Source: Cyanophora paradoxa CCMP329
Taxonomy: Eukaryota > Plantae > Glaucophyta
Assembly (NCBI GenBank): GCA_004431415.1
Contig: QPMI01000460.1
Coordinates: forward strand, 1 to 64,000
Reading direction: 5' to 3'
DNA length: 64,000 bases
A model generated the notes under the pieces. It searched no databases, was not told the origin of the DNA, and was given only the letters and a program-made list of their open reading frames with translations. The position numbers and the translations under genes were made by a program. Position 1 is the stretch's first letter. The number at the start of each line of letters is the position of its first letter. Shown here piece after piece: positions 1-12,137 of the stretch.

Positions 1-188
1 CCTGTAGGATAGAATCCGCGTGTAAGTCCTGGGCCGCAGCTGTACATGTAAGCACAACGTCGCGGCCCGGCGTCGCTAGAGCATAAGCAATTCATTGAGT
101 TTGTTTGCTCGTTTGTGCTGCCTTCCGTGGGCGTACGGGGTTTGTAGGTTGCTCCAGGCGCCAGCTAGGCTCGTCGGCATAAAGGGAG

Positions 189-278
189 TGGCGCGGGCCA
201 GGTGGAGTCGAACCACTGGGCCTCTCGGCCCCAACGGCTTTGAAGGCCGTTCCCCACACCTGTGAAGTTCAAGCCCGC
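189..278 (-). tRNA. tRNA-Sec: tRNA-Sec (anticodon UCA), eukaryotic 9/4 fold, CCA encoded in the genome
   Basis: Reverse complement is GCGGGCTTGAACTTCACAGGTGTGGGGAACGGCCTTCAAAGCCGTTGGGGCCGAGAGGCCCAGTGGTTCGACTCCACCTGGCCCGCG-CCA (90 nt). It has a 9-bp acceptor stem with a U:U pair, a 6-bp D stem with 4-nt loop, a 6-bp anticodon stem with loop CUUCAAA, a long variable arm, a 4-bp T stem with UUCGACU loop, and discriminator G. Confidence 0.95.
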
Positions 279-570
279 AAAAGAGTTTCTTTCGCCCAGT
301 CGAAAATACTTGAATCGGGCGAACTTTGAAAATGCTTCACAAGTGGGATCCTAGTCGAAAAATGCCGGGCAGCATGCCGCCGCCGCGGGCAGCTTCGACC
401 TCGAGCCGCAGTCAGCCTCGCGCCTGCGGCCGCGGCGCCGGCGGCCGTCGGACGGCGGCGCGCGGGCCGCGGCGCGGCACCGGCGCCGGCACAGCAGCGC
501 AAGGCCCGGGGGTACAGACTAGAATCGATTCCCGCGTTTCAACGAGCCGGCGCCCGCAGCCACCACAGCG

Positions 571-1750
571 ATGAACGTCACAGCGGAGCAGGTGCCCCGC
601 AGCGCTCTTTCGGCTTGCCGGCTGCCGTGGGACCTCGCTCACGGAATCCGCAGGTTCGAACGCAGCTCGCCGTCATGGGCTACCACGACGTGCCGGACAG
701 CATCATCCAGGAGTTCCTGCGCGAACTTCAAGAACCGCAGCAGCAGCAGCCTGCGGTCGACCGCCGTGCGCCCGCCGCGAAGCCGAAGGCCAGCGAGCCC
801 GCGGCGGCTCCATCCTCGCTCCTCTACCCGACGGCAGCCGGGCGGGCGGCGACGCGGCCTAGCTATCGTGACGACGACGAGGACGAGCAGCTGGACGACG
901 ACCTGGACGCAGCTTACGCGCGGATGGGCCTCGGCGAGTCGAGCCGCCCAGCCGCCCGCTCCGGCTCGCAATCCCAGCCGGGCTCTTCGGGAAAGCAGCA
1001 GAAGGCGAAGAAGAGCTTCATGGACGAGGACGACGAGGCCGACGAGATCGCAGCGCGTTGGGTGCTCAAGGGCCGGCCCGCCGAGCGCATCGCGCGGCCC
1101 TCCTCGGCGGCACCGGTGCGCCTCGGTTTCTAGTCGAGCCGCGGCCGTGCCCGAGATTGATCGCTGAACCGTGCGCTCGCGCAGCCGCGGACGCCCGATC
1201 TTGGCCAGCGGAGGCAGACGGCGGAGAAGCACAGCCACGCCCACGCCCACTCGCACGAGCGCGAGCGGCCCTTCTCGGCAGGCAGCCGCCACTCCGCGGC
1301 GCCCTCGAGTGCGCCCCGCGCGCTTGTTGACTCGTGGGAGAGCTCGGCTGACGCCGCCGCAGCGATCCGCGCGGCCCCGCGGCCGGCCGGCTTCAAGAAG
1401 AGCGACCCGGTGAGCATGTACGCGGCTCGGGCGGCCCAGTGGAAGGCCGACCCGTTCCTGAGCCGTCGCACGAGCTCGTCTCGTCCCTCGACCGCCGACG
1501 CGCGGCCCGCCTCCGCGAGCGGGCGCCGGCCGTGCGCCGCCCCGCCCCGCCCCGCCCCGGCCCGCCCCGTTTCCCCGGCTCAGGGCCTCCGCAGGCAGCG
1601 GAACGTGTGGGAGGGCCTGCCGAACTACACTGCGCCGACCGACAAGCGGCGGGACGACCTCCGCTGGGAAGTCCGGGTACGCGATTTCGTTTTTCCGGGG
1701 TACACCCGCCCGGTCCCTCACGCCGCCCGCAGATGCAGATGATGAGCTGA
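571..1750 (+). CDS. HYLS1: HYLS1-like centriole/basal-body protein (spliced)
   Basis: Spliced N-terminus MNVTAEQ|VRTQLAVMGYHDVPDSIIQEFLRELQ. C-terminal HYLS1 box KSDPVSMY...W...PNYTAPTDKRRDDLRWEVR|MQMMS*. GT-AG introns with ctgac/ctcac branch sites. Confidence 0.85.
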
Positions 1751-2096
1751 GCCCGCGCCCTTCCCTGCCTTCCGTGGCGGCCGCGCCTGTACAAATTAAA
1801 GCCGCTGCGTGCACCCCTCCTCGGCTCGTCGGCAGGGGGCGAGCTAAGAAGGGCCCCCCCGGGACCGCCCCTCCGAGGCTCGCCACCCCGGCCTGACTCG
1901 AAGGCGGCCCAGGCACCTGCAGCTGCACCAACAAAGCCCGCCGGCCTTCCCCGGGCCTAGAGCTCCCCCCTCTTTCCACTCCCCGTCAGCTGTAGTTCAC
2001 GTCCCCCCCCTCGTCTCTCTCGAGCTACCTCCTTAATACACCTCGAGCTGCTGGACCAGCTTCCATAGCTCTTAACCTCCTCTCTCCTCTAGCTAT

Positions 2097-2164
2097 AAAT
2101 CCGCGATATATGTCAATTCCGCCCTTCGCTCGAAATCCGCGATATATGTCAATTCCGCCCTTCG
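2097..2164 (+). repeat. Two-copy direct repeat (36-bp period) just upstream of the PP2C start codon
   Basis: aaatccgcgatatatgtcaattccgcccttcg occurs twice in tandem, ending about 18 nt before the ATG at 2182. Confidence 0.85.
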
Positions 2165-2181
2165 AGTCCGGCTGCTCGATA

Positions 2182-4504
2182 ATGCACTCGCTGCAACGCT
2201 CCGGCTTCCCCATCGCGGGCAGCCCTGACGCAGAATTAGCTGCTAAGCGCCCCCGCGTACGATATCCGACGCCGCCGCTGCCGGAGAGCGCCACCGACGC
2301 GGCCGTCCATCTCTCGGCGCCGCAAAGCGCGCCGGCGGCGGCGACCGCGGAATTCGTGAAGCCGACCGTCGCCAGCGTCAGCACGCACGCGGAGGCGAGC
2401 GTGGCCCCGGCGCTCGTCGCGCGAGTTTCTGACACGATTTCGCAGACCCTCGTGCACGAGACGCTCACTTCGGGCGGCACGTTCTCTGTTTATTCAGTAC
2501 CGAAGCGTTCTGTGCGTGCTTACCTCGTCTAACGAGTTTCGTGCGAAACCTCGCTGACATCTTCGGCCCCGCTCGCAGGGCCAGGATGCCTTCCGGTGCG
2601 TGGAGAAGATGGTGCGCAGACAATGTTCGAAGATGCAGTCCTCCTTCGAATTCTCACCGGGCGCTGCGGCAGAACAACCACGCAGACATGGTTCGTTTCG
2701 CGCGTCTGCAGATTTCGCGCCCCAAACCAGCCGCTGAGTATCTTTCCCGCCTCGAATCAGGCGCTGTTCGGCATCTACGACGGGTGGGCGCTCAGGTTCC
2801 TTGCCGCGCGAGCTTTTCTGAACTGCGATTTTGATTTCGCAGGCACGGCCGCTCTCGGGCAGTCGCGGACTTCACTGCGAACGGCATCGTCGAGCACCTC
2901 GCCCACGTGCGCAAGCGCACGCCGCCCGCCTGGCGGCCTGCAATCCGTAACTCCGGAGAGCTGGGCCCGCAGAGCAAGCACTTCCCCGAGAACATCCTCA
3001 TGGCCTTGCGGCACGCGTACCTATCTACGGACATGCACCTCAAGAAAGAGGCGCCTTCTTCACCTCTTTTGCGACTCGGATTCGTTTGACCCGGCTCCGG
3101 TCCTCCCCGGGCGCAGATGGCCGAAGATTACTACGTGCGCTGCGCCGGGGGCCCGCGCTCGCGCTCCTCCCGCGAAACGTCGCGCTCTTGCTCTGGGGAT
3201 TTGTTGCCGTGACCTCCTGCCGCCCCGCCGCAGCGCGCCGGCTGCACCGCCTGCACCGCCGTCATCCACGGGGATCGCCTCTACGTCGCCAACACGGTCA
3301 GCCTACCTACCTTCCCCGGCCCCGGCCCGCTCTGCCCGCCGCTGATCCCGACGCGCGCGCCCCGCCGCAGGGCGACTCCCGCGCCGTTCTCGTTCGCGAC
3401 CAATCCGCAGTCGCCCTGACTCGCGACCAGGCGCGCGCTCCTTTCTCGCCCCCTTGCACGATCGTATTTGTGACCTGGCTAGCCCGCCCCTTCGCCAGAG
3501 CGCCGAGTCGGAGGCCCGCCGCATCCACGCGAGCGGGGGGCAGATCCGCCCGGGCCTGCACGGCGGCATCCTGCGCGGTGCGGCGCCGCCCTTGTCGCAC
3601 ACGTACCCCCCCCCTCCTGGCTTCTTTTTAAGCGTTCGCAGTGGAGGGGCGCTTGGCGATGGCGCGCGCCATTGGCGACGGCGAACTGAAGGCCCGCGGC
3701 GTCATCGCCGAGCCCGAGGAGCAGGTACCTGTACCCCCCGTTTCGTTTCGTTCTTTGAATTTCTGATCGCGTACCCCCGGCCCGTCCCAGGCCGTCTCCC
3801 TCTCCCGCGGCGACCGATTCCTCGTGCGCAACGTAGCAGCCCCGTCTCTGCATCCCCCCCCCCCTCCTCCTCCCCTCCCCCTCCCCTCCCCGTCCCCCTC
3901 CCCCTCCCCCTCCCCCCCTCGCCCCCTCCCCCCCCTCCCCCCCACCCCCTCTCCAATTGAGCCGTTCGAAGATTGTCGCGTCGGACGGCCTGTGGGACGC
4001 CGTTTCGAACGAGGAGGCACCCTACCCCTCTCGCTTCGTCCCCCTTCCTGCTCACTCGGTACCCCGCAGGCGGGCTCAGTCGTATCGTCGACGCGCAGCA
4101 CGTCCGAGGTGCCCTTACCCCCCCCCCCCCCCCCCGCCCCCCCGGGCCTTCTGCCCTCCGCTTCCCCCCCCCCCCCCTCTCCCGGATACCTTGTTCGAAT
4201 CCGAGCCTCTCCCCTTCTCCCTGTTATGCAGGCCGCCGTCGAACTGGTCGCCCTCGCCAACCGGTACCCCCGGCCCGCCACCCATGTACCCTCCTCGCTC
4301 TCAATTGACCCCTTACCCCCAGGCGCGGCTCGGACGACGACATCACGGCGATCGTTGTCGACCTCCGCGGTACCCCCTCCCGCCCGCCTGAGCTCCGCTT
4401 GCCGTTCAGAATCGCTGCCGACTGTACCCCGTCTCGCAGCGTACATTCGGCACGGGCCGCCGACGCCCCCACCTGCGCCTGCGGCGCCGGGGCCGCACGT
4501 GTAA
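2182..4504 (+). CDS. Protein phosphatase 2C (PPM family), multi-exon
   Basis: Motifs recovered across exons: ALFGIYDG|HG, LYVANT|GDSRAVL, GALAMARAIGDGELK, IVASDGLWDAVSNEE, RGSDDDITAIVVDL. Stop TAA at 4504. Several GC-AG introns. Start codon inferred. Confidence 0.88.
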
Positions 4505-5363
4505 AGTGCGGTCTGGATGCGTAGGCAGGGCTGGACTGAGGCGCTCGCCCCGCGGCCGACCGCGCGTGCCGACCTTTGTCTCACTCACGCACGCCCCGCC
4601 CCGCCCCGGCCCGGCGGCCTCGATATGTCGACGTCGGCATTGTTATAATTATATACATGTACATACATATATCCGGCCGCGCATGTGGCCCCGCGCGTGC
4701 GCCGGCCCGCGGCCCCTCGAGCTCGCGAGCTCTGATCTTCCGGGATCCGGATCCCATGGCCAGGCTTAATTATGAAGCTTGCAATAAACCAGTAATCTTG
4801 CAATTGCAATTGCTTGCAATTGACCTCTGGCCATGGATCCGGCCCGCGCGCTCGCGCGCGGCCAAGCTCGAGGCCCCCGCCGTCGCGCCCCGCCCGATAT
4901 CGATGTCGCTGCCCTATAGCTAGGCCCGGCCATGGCCTGGCCCCGTCGCCTGAAATGAGAGGAAAAGTGCAATTGCAATCTAGATCTCAGATCTAGAACT
5001 AGTCCGACGGTCCACTAGAGCTCGATCGCGAGCTTGTCTTCGCCTGCAATTAATATCAGCTCGATTGCGAGCATCTAGAAAAGAATTGTATATATGCAGA
5101 TACGAAGCGGAACTGTTTCGACTCGAAAAAGGCCAACAAGAGGACATGTACGTCTCAGAGTCTACATGCGAGCGCCCGTGGCCGAGTCCCAATTCGAAAT
5201 CGTCGTCAAAATTCGAGTACCTGTCACTTCAGGAAGAAAAATCGTTGTCACAGGAGGCCGACTGGGACGTTCGATGAGTAGAAGTGAGACGCTGACTGTT
5301 GAGAAAGACACTTTAAGCTAGCTACGCAAGGAGAGAATTTTAGCTACATGAACATGTCGTTGA

Positions 5364-5420
5364 CGTAAACTGGGAAAGCTCAGTAAACTGGGAAAGCTCA
5401 TTAAACTGCCGTAAAACTGG
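5364..5420 (+). repeat. Short tandem repeat (18-bp unit gtaaactgggaaagctca, two copies plus degenerate copies)
   Basis: Read directly from the sequence. Confidence 0.7.
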
Positions 5421-5575
5421 ATCAATGCTCAACATCTTGTTTCTTTTTTGGAGGTGCAGGGGGGAAAGAAGACTATCACAGGGCTTTACTCTACAGACTC
5501 CTGTATGGTACCCGCCGCGCGGGCCGGCCGCCGGGGTCGGGCCCGGGGCGGGTGCGGGGGAGCGCCCCTACTGGG

Positions 5576-6468
5576 CTACTGGGCGTGCGAGGCTATTGCG
5601 GCGAGCATGTCAAGGGCCGAGCCCGGGCCTCCGGGGCCGGCTGAGGCCGGCGCGGGGGCCGCGCCCGGGGCCGGGCCGGCGCCGGCGAGCCCGCGGCCTT
5701 CGCGCGCGCCGACTTGCCCTTCTTTGGAGGCTTGGGCGCCGGGGCCGGGGCCGGGGCCGGGGCCGGGGCCGGGGCCGGGGCCGGGGCCGGCTCGGACCGG
5801 CTGTGCAGGGGAGGAGGGGCGGGGACCTGAGGGGCGAGGAAGGAGGGATGCGGGGCCGGCGCGGGCTGCGGCGGGGCCTGCTGGGGAGCCTGGGGCAGCG
5901 GGGGCAGCGGGGGGAACCCGAACGGCGGCGGCATGGGCATGGCCATGGGCAAGCCCATGGGGGGGTAGAGGGCCGGGGCGAAGGGGCCCTGGGGGGGAAG
6001 GAAGAAGCCCACTGGAGGCCTGGGGGGGTGCGAGGCGACCGGGACCCACTGAGCGGGCCCAGAAAGAACCGTCGCCGTCGCCGCCGCCGCCGCCGTCGCC
6101 GCCGCCGCCAGGTTGGGGGCCAGTGGAGGGGGTGCCGGCCTAATGCGCGCCTCGGAGCCGAACCTGAGCTTCCGCTTGCGAGGCCCCAGGCCATCCGCCA
6201 TGTATCTTCGCTTGGGGTCCTCGGGCTGGGGCGCGGGGGGCGGCTGCGAGGACGGAGCGATGGTGCGCGGCGCCGACGGCGCGGCCGGGCGGGGCCTGCG
6301 CTGCGCGGCGGCCGCGTGCGGCTTGCGCTTTTTGGCAGGGGCCGCGTCCTGGAGGGGCGTGGGCGGGGAGAGCGTCCCCGCGGAGGAGGGCGAGGTAAGG
6401 GACGGCGCCTCGTCCTCCGGGTCCCCGGGGCCGGCCGCGGCCGCGGCCAGCCGCGGCAGGACGCGCAT
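5576..6468 (-). CDS. Proline/alanine-rich low-complexity protein of unknown function; boundaries uncertain
   Basis: 291-aa ORF with basic NLS-like patches (KKRKP, RKRKLRF) and a PA repeat. A neighbouring frame ends SALDMLAAIASHAQ*, suggesting an intron or frameshift. No recognisable domain. Confidence 0.4.
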
Positions 6469-7886
6469 GCGCGGCCGGCCGCGGCTCCCTTCGAGCTCGG
6501 CGGGCGGAGGCTGCGGCGGTGCGAAAGCCCACCGGGGCTGGCCTGTGCACGTGTCCGCCGCGTCGTTTGAAGAGAGGAGGTCAGCGATGCGAGACCCCCG
6601 GCTCCGCGGCGCCGCCGCCGCCGAAATTAATCTCGCCGGCGCGGCACTCTCCGCTTGAGCCTACGCCGGGAAAAAAATCAGAGCGGGAATCGCCCGAAGC
6701 CCTGACAAAAATCCGATATGGTACGGACCGGGATCATTTGCACGTACACTCCGCCTCTAATCTCGGGGGCCGCCGATATCGATATCGCCGACTCGGCTCT
6801 CAGATCTAGAGTCGCAGTCTCAAGATAAGCAGCCGGTGGGACGGCGGCGTGCTGCGTTTGCAGAGCTCGAGCCGGGAAGTGCCCAGGGGGCCAGGTGGCA
6901 GGGCTTGTCGGATCGCTCCCCGGGGATCCGGAGCTGAAGAGCTCGGCAGAGCCGCGGCCGGGTGCACCCAGGAAACTGGAGTAACAAGTATTGGCGTTAA
7001 CGCTCACTGAGTCAATTTGAGAGAGATGTGGTTCAATCTCTCTCACCGTGGACCCGAGAGCACAGGAGAGTGCGCATACGCTGACGTCGTTAGACACTGC
7101 GCATGCAGGGAGCCGACCGATTCATAAAACAGGAGGCATAGACGTCAACAAAACGCGCAAATTTATCATACCTGGGACAGGGTCGATGCAACGCACGCAG
7201 GCATGAAACACAAATGAACTAAGACCGTCGGAGGGGAAGCGAAGCTGGCTCCAAAGTTCTGCCTACTGGACTAATAAAGTGCTGCGCGTGCAGCAACGTT
7301 AACGTTAACGCTCTGCATGCGCATCCGTATACGTATGATCAGCTACCGGTAGGCGTCGTACTAGGCCTAGGCGGCCAGGGCATCCATGCACAGGCAGCTA
7401 CAGTGAGCTACTAGCCTGACTAGGCTACCGGTAGCACTGCAGCTGCGGCAGCTCCGCGCGGCGCGCGCGGCATACGCAGCGCCGGCAGCTAGCGCGCGCT
7501 GCCAGTGTTCAGTCACACAACTTCGAATTCATGATCAGTGTTGCAATTGCAAGCGCTAGCGCGGACTACAGTCTACAGGTAATCATTTGAATTAATATTC
7601 TGTCAGTGTCTCACTGAGTCAGAGTCTACGCGTGCTACGGCGGTAGCGTTCCCAATTGCAACTTCCCATGCCAGCGGCGCTGCGCTAGCGGGCCAGTAGG
7701 GTACGTGTTCTTTTACACGAAAAACGACCCAAAAACGACCTAAATCTTGCTGAGCTTCCGAAGTTCAAGGCACTACGTGCCTAAACTGTTTCCACGGGCT
7801 TTCGATATGTTTAGAGGTCATACGCAGGCCATTGTCAGAATTGCAGTGCTTCTCGACGCTGCACACCCTTAAGCTTCGCGCCGCGG

Positions 7887-8336
7887 CTAGTGGGGGGTAG
7901 GGCTGGGTCCAGTGAAACCAGTGGAGGCCTAGCCTAGTAGGTTCGAGGGTCCCACTGCACGTGCACTGACTCAGTGGAGATTTTGGCTCACTCGCACAAA
8001 GAAAATTGTATGAGGCCATTGTCAGAATTGCAGTGCTTCGAATTCTCGAATCTCGACGCTGCACACCCTTCGCGCCGCCGCGGCGCGGCCTGCGCACGCG
8101 GCACTCCGACGTTAAGTACCCCCACGACGTTCCACCTAAACTTGAAACTGCTAGGTGGCGGATGGGTCCTAATTTTTTGGCGCCGGATACCCCCCCACGC
8201 AGCGCTGCCTGAGGTCCGGCTCACTGGCCTCATACATTTTTCTTTGTGCGAGTGAGCCAAAATCTCCACTGAGTCAGTGCAGTGGGACCCTCGAACCTCC
8301 ACTGGTTTCACTGGACCCAGCCCTACCCCCCACTAG
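7887..8336. mobile_element. MITE with ~110-bp terminal inverted repeats
   Basis: ctagtggggggtagggctgggtccagtgaaacc...tgtatgaggcca (7887-8018) is mirrored at 8226-8336. Ends lie in CTAG (TA or CTAG target). Confidence 0.85.
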
Positions 8337-9592
8337 TACTACCGTAATGCAGAATATTAAGGTCTGTACTTTATTATGTCGTCCTGACGGCGCTCGGCCT
8401 GGGTTTTTTTCTACGTCCCGGACGGCGGACGGTGCCGGATCGACTCCGGCCCAGTCTCCGGGACTTAAGCGTCCCGGGAGTCCGACGGTCCGATCCGGAT
8501 CCCGGAGTCCGGGGATCTTACGTATACTAAAATTAATCGGAGTCCGGGACTCCGGGAGTCCCGGAGTCCGACGGGCCAGCCGGACCCGGCCCGGCTGGCC
8601 CAGGCTGGGCGGCCCGGCCTAGGGATATGGCCGGGGGGGTCAACCATTGGCCAGCGGCCCAGCCCGAGCCGCTAAAGCGCTAGCTCGGCCGACGGCCGCT
8701 GGCCCGGGGCTGGCGGCCAGCTTCCAGCCAGAACTTGGCCGGCCAGCTGGCGGCCAGCCTCTTGCTAGCAGTCCGGGGCTTTGTCGGCCAGGCTGGCCAG
8801 CCGGCCAGCCGTAGAGCCCGTCCTGTTTATAAGGAAAGCCTTGACATCAACCCTATCTTTGCTCTATTTCATAAAACCTGTTAATAACAAGCGCTGTTGA
8901 TATTAGCAAGCCCCCCCGTCAAGCCGGGCCCCGGCCCGGCGGCCGCGGCCCGCGGCCGGTCCGACGGTCCCTGCGGCCGGAGCCCTCGAATGGCTAATAA
9001 TATTAATGCACCCCCGAATTATAATGCATTTGAAGCTTTTTTGCAATATAGGGGTACATATATACAATTGCGGCTATACGCATACTATAATCGGCTGCTC
9101 GCGAAGAAAAGGGGCCCTCACAAATAAAAGCTAGAGAAATCACGAAATCCTGATCATGAAGCTAGATCGATCGATATCGATCGATCGCGCGCGATAACAT
9201 CTATATTATTAAAGTTGATTAGACGCAATATTAAGCTATGAAAGTATTTATTATTTCTAGATCTTTCATACGCGTGCACCTAGGCCTGCGGCTTGCAGTC
9301 AAGCCCTTGAGCCAAGCCCTTGAGCCGGGCTGGGGGGTCAAGCCCTTGCCCGGCTTTTGGCCGGCTCAAGCCGGCTCAAGCCCTGGAAGGGGGGGGGGGG
9401 GGGAGGGCCGAAGCCTGCGTTCGCAATCTCAAGGCCAGCGGCATGCCGCCCATGGCCAAGAGCAAGATCGTGCGCATGCAGACGACGATCGGCCGCCGGG
9501 CAGGGGGGCCGACGGTAACATCTCGTTTCAACGGCGGCCCGGCCTGAAGCTGCAGCGAGCTCTTCGAGCCCTCGAGCTCCGCCCATGGCCCA

Positions 9593-10607
9593 CACAGCGA
9601 TACGCGTTTGTATGGCGCCATAGACATGGAAGGTTAATTCTTGGCGATCGCGGAACTTAGATTTACCATATCTTGGCGATCGCGTATAGCCAGTATTAAC
9701 TTAATAGCTAATGGAAACTCAAAAGTTTTCTCGCCTTTTTTTTCGACTTGACCGTTGCGCCAGACCGGCCGGGAACCGTCGCGACAGAGGAAATCGAAAA
9801 CTGACAGACCAAACGCGCCGCGAGCGCGCCGTTGTGCTCATCTAGCATCTATCTACCTTAGTTTTGTAGGCGGTGGCTATTTTTTGTAGATCCAGGGACC
9901 CGGTTTGCGCGCGTTGCGCCGCGGCGAAGTCCGACCTATGGCAGCTAAGGGGGGTACGCTAAATTGTCAAGTCCAAGTTCCGAGCTTACCAATTACGTGT
10001 AGACGTAACAAACTTACCGCTTTTACACAGAGTTTTAACCACCAAGCGTTAATTCTTCCAAGTCTATGGGCCCATACAAACGCGTACCGCTCAGTGATGG
10101 TATTCCGAATTTCTCCAAAAAACGACCATTTCAGAAACATTTCGGAAATATTTCGGAAATATTTTCGAAATATTTCCGAAATCAGGGGCCCCTCCCGAGG
10201 GCCCTTCTGCTAATGCCTGATGCTCCCTTTAACCTTCTGATGGTTTCCTTAATGAAAACTGTCCAGTTTGTGTCTTTAAGATCAACAGAACATGCGACAT
10301 TCCAAAAGGGAAAGTCACTACTCGTACCCCCTGTCAGCCCTGTTGGCGGCTGAGTTCCGGATCTAGACATCTAAGGTAGACTCCTGTCGTGTTATATAAG
10401 CTTTCTATCGCGTTGTCTATCATTCTAATGCGTTGTTTCGCCGTGTTTCGCGCAGAATGTGGCAAAACGAGGGTACCCCCCCTTAAATAGAAACAATTCC
10501 TAATTAGGGGGGTCTCTCGGGACCTTTTCGGAAACAATTTCGAAATTGATTTCGAAATTGTTTATAGAAAAGTTTCTAGAAAAAATGCCATCACTGGTAC
10601 CGCTGTG
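9593..10607. mobile_element. CMC/CACTA-like non-autonomous element (CACAG termini) inside the hAT element
   Basis: TIR cacagcg(a/g)tacgcgtttgtatgg...catagac is mirrored at the right end. 3-bp TSD cca at 9590-9592 and 10608-10610. Confidence 0.8.
10092..10596. mobile_element. hAT-type MITE inserted in the right TIR of the CMC element
   Basis: TIR cagtgatgg...ccatcactg. Perfect 8-bp TSD gtaccgct at 10084-10091 and 10597-10604. Subterminal tttcgga/tttcga repeats. Confidence 0.88.
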
Positions 10608-11092
10608 CCAGCTGCAGTGGCCAGCGAAGGCGATGAGCTCGAGGGCGACTCGTCAGCAGCAGTGGCGGCGGAGTTAATTATAACGTTCCGCCCCATGCCG
10701 GCGCCAGAGGAGCAGTGGCCATGGGTCATCAAGGCGAGAAAGCATTTCGCTACAGCGCCAAGCTAAGCTTTTGTTAAAGGGCATGCGGAAGGGTACCCCC
10801 CCTCAGGCTTGCCGCAAGCCCGGCCAAGGGCTTGACCCCGCCGGGAGCCCAAGCCCTTGGGCCGGCCGGTCGACCGGCTTGGCTTGGCTTGACCGCGAGA
10901 GCCCGGGGCTTGGCTTGGCTTGAGCCGACTTTTTGGCCGGCAAGCCGCACCCCTACGTGCACCTCGGAGCCTCGGAGGTTTCGACGTCGATCGACGACGT
11001 CAATTGCAACCTTAATTATAACGTTAACTTTAACGTCGACGTCCGACGGACCGGCCGGCGATCGCGACCTCGACGGTCCGAGCTCGAGACAG

Positions 11093-11696
11093 TATGCGCG
11101 GGGCAGATCTAGCGATCCAATTGAATAGGGAATCTCTATGCGAGCAAGCTCGCAGCGCTACGGGAGGCGGGCACGCACTGCAGGCGTTGGCGTTGGCTGG
11201 TGCGACGAACTTGAAGCAGCTCCTGTGCAAGCGATCGCCGGTCTATGCGCGGGGCAGATCTAGCGATCCAATTGAATAGGGAATCTCTATGCGAGCAAGC
11301 TCGCAGCGCTACGGGAGGCGGGCACGCACTGCAGGCGTTGGCGTTGGCTGGTGCGACGAACTTGAAGCAGCTCCTGTGCAAGCGATCGCCGGTCTATGCG
11401 CGGGGCAGATCTAGCGATCCAATTGAATAGGGAATCTCTATGCGAGCAAGCTCGCAGCGCTACGGGAGGCGGGCACGCACTGCAGGCGTTGGCGTTGGCT
11501 GGTGCGACGAACTTGAAGCAGCTCCTGTGCAAGCGATCGCCGGTCTATGCGCGGGGCAGATCTAGCGATCCAATTGAATAGGGAATCTCTATGCGAGCAA
11601 GCTCGCAGCGCTACGGGAGGCGGGCACGCACTGCAGGCGTTGGCGTTGGCTGGTGCGACGAACTTGAAGCAGCTCCTGTGCAAGCGATCGCCGGTC
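11093..11696. repeat. Tandem array, 4 x 151 bp, apparently identical copies
   Basis: The unit tatgcgcggggcagatct...gcgatcgccggtc starts at 11093, 11244, 11395 and 11546. The ORF track repeats with the same period. Confidence 0.95.
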
Positions 11697-11731
11697 AGTG
11701 TCACATGTACAGTGCACGCGACGCCACGCGT

Positions 11732-11987
11732 CACAGCTCGTTTTTTTTCCTAATCGACTCGACATGCCCGTACGCGTTGTATGGGCAAGGGTAGCCGGCG
11801 ATCGCGATAACTTTTCACCCGGCACAGAACGGCTATAGTCGACGTCGCTGCACAGCATGTTGTAGCCGGCAAGCTAGCGGGTAGAATGCACTAGCTTGCG
11901 CCGGGGAATTCCAAATACCCGAGGAGCGATTTCACTTTAACCGGTTTTTGACCGTGTTGGGTCGACCGGTAAAAAAAACGAGCTGTG
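11732..11987. mobile_element. CACAG-terminated (CMC-like) MITE, copy A
   Basis: Termini cacagctcgtttt...aaaacgagctgtg, flanked by gt on both sides (2-bp TSD). Confidence 0.75.
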
Positions 11988-12137
11988 GTACGTGCGAGAC
12001 TACGTATATACTAGGGTAACTAGGCTAGCTAGATCTGGACTCCGGGCCGGGAGTCTGGATCAAATCAGTGTACACCTCTGACACCTCAGTCATTAAATTG
12101 AATCCACAAATTAAAGTTAGGCGCATGCACACTGCCG

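Larger units (their letters stand above)
9281..10955. mobile_element. Non-autonomous hAT-type DNA transposon (outer member of a nest)
   Basis: 15-bp TIRs tagg(cc/gg)tgcggcttg. Perfect 8-bp TSD cgtgcacc at 9273-9280 and 10956-10963. Subterminal caagcc/ggcttg repeats. Confidence 0.85.

Noticed and set aside
4600-5100. Synthetic polylinker or vector contamination
   Set aside because: Restriction-like palindromes occur in all non-coding parts of the window and appear as differences between natural repeat copies. No vector features were seen.
11093-11696. CRISPR array or repeat-protein gene
   Set aside because: Units are contiguous and identical with no spacers, the period is not divisible by 3, no cas genes are present and the context is eukaryotic.
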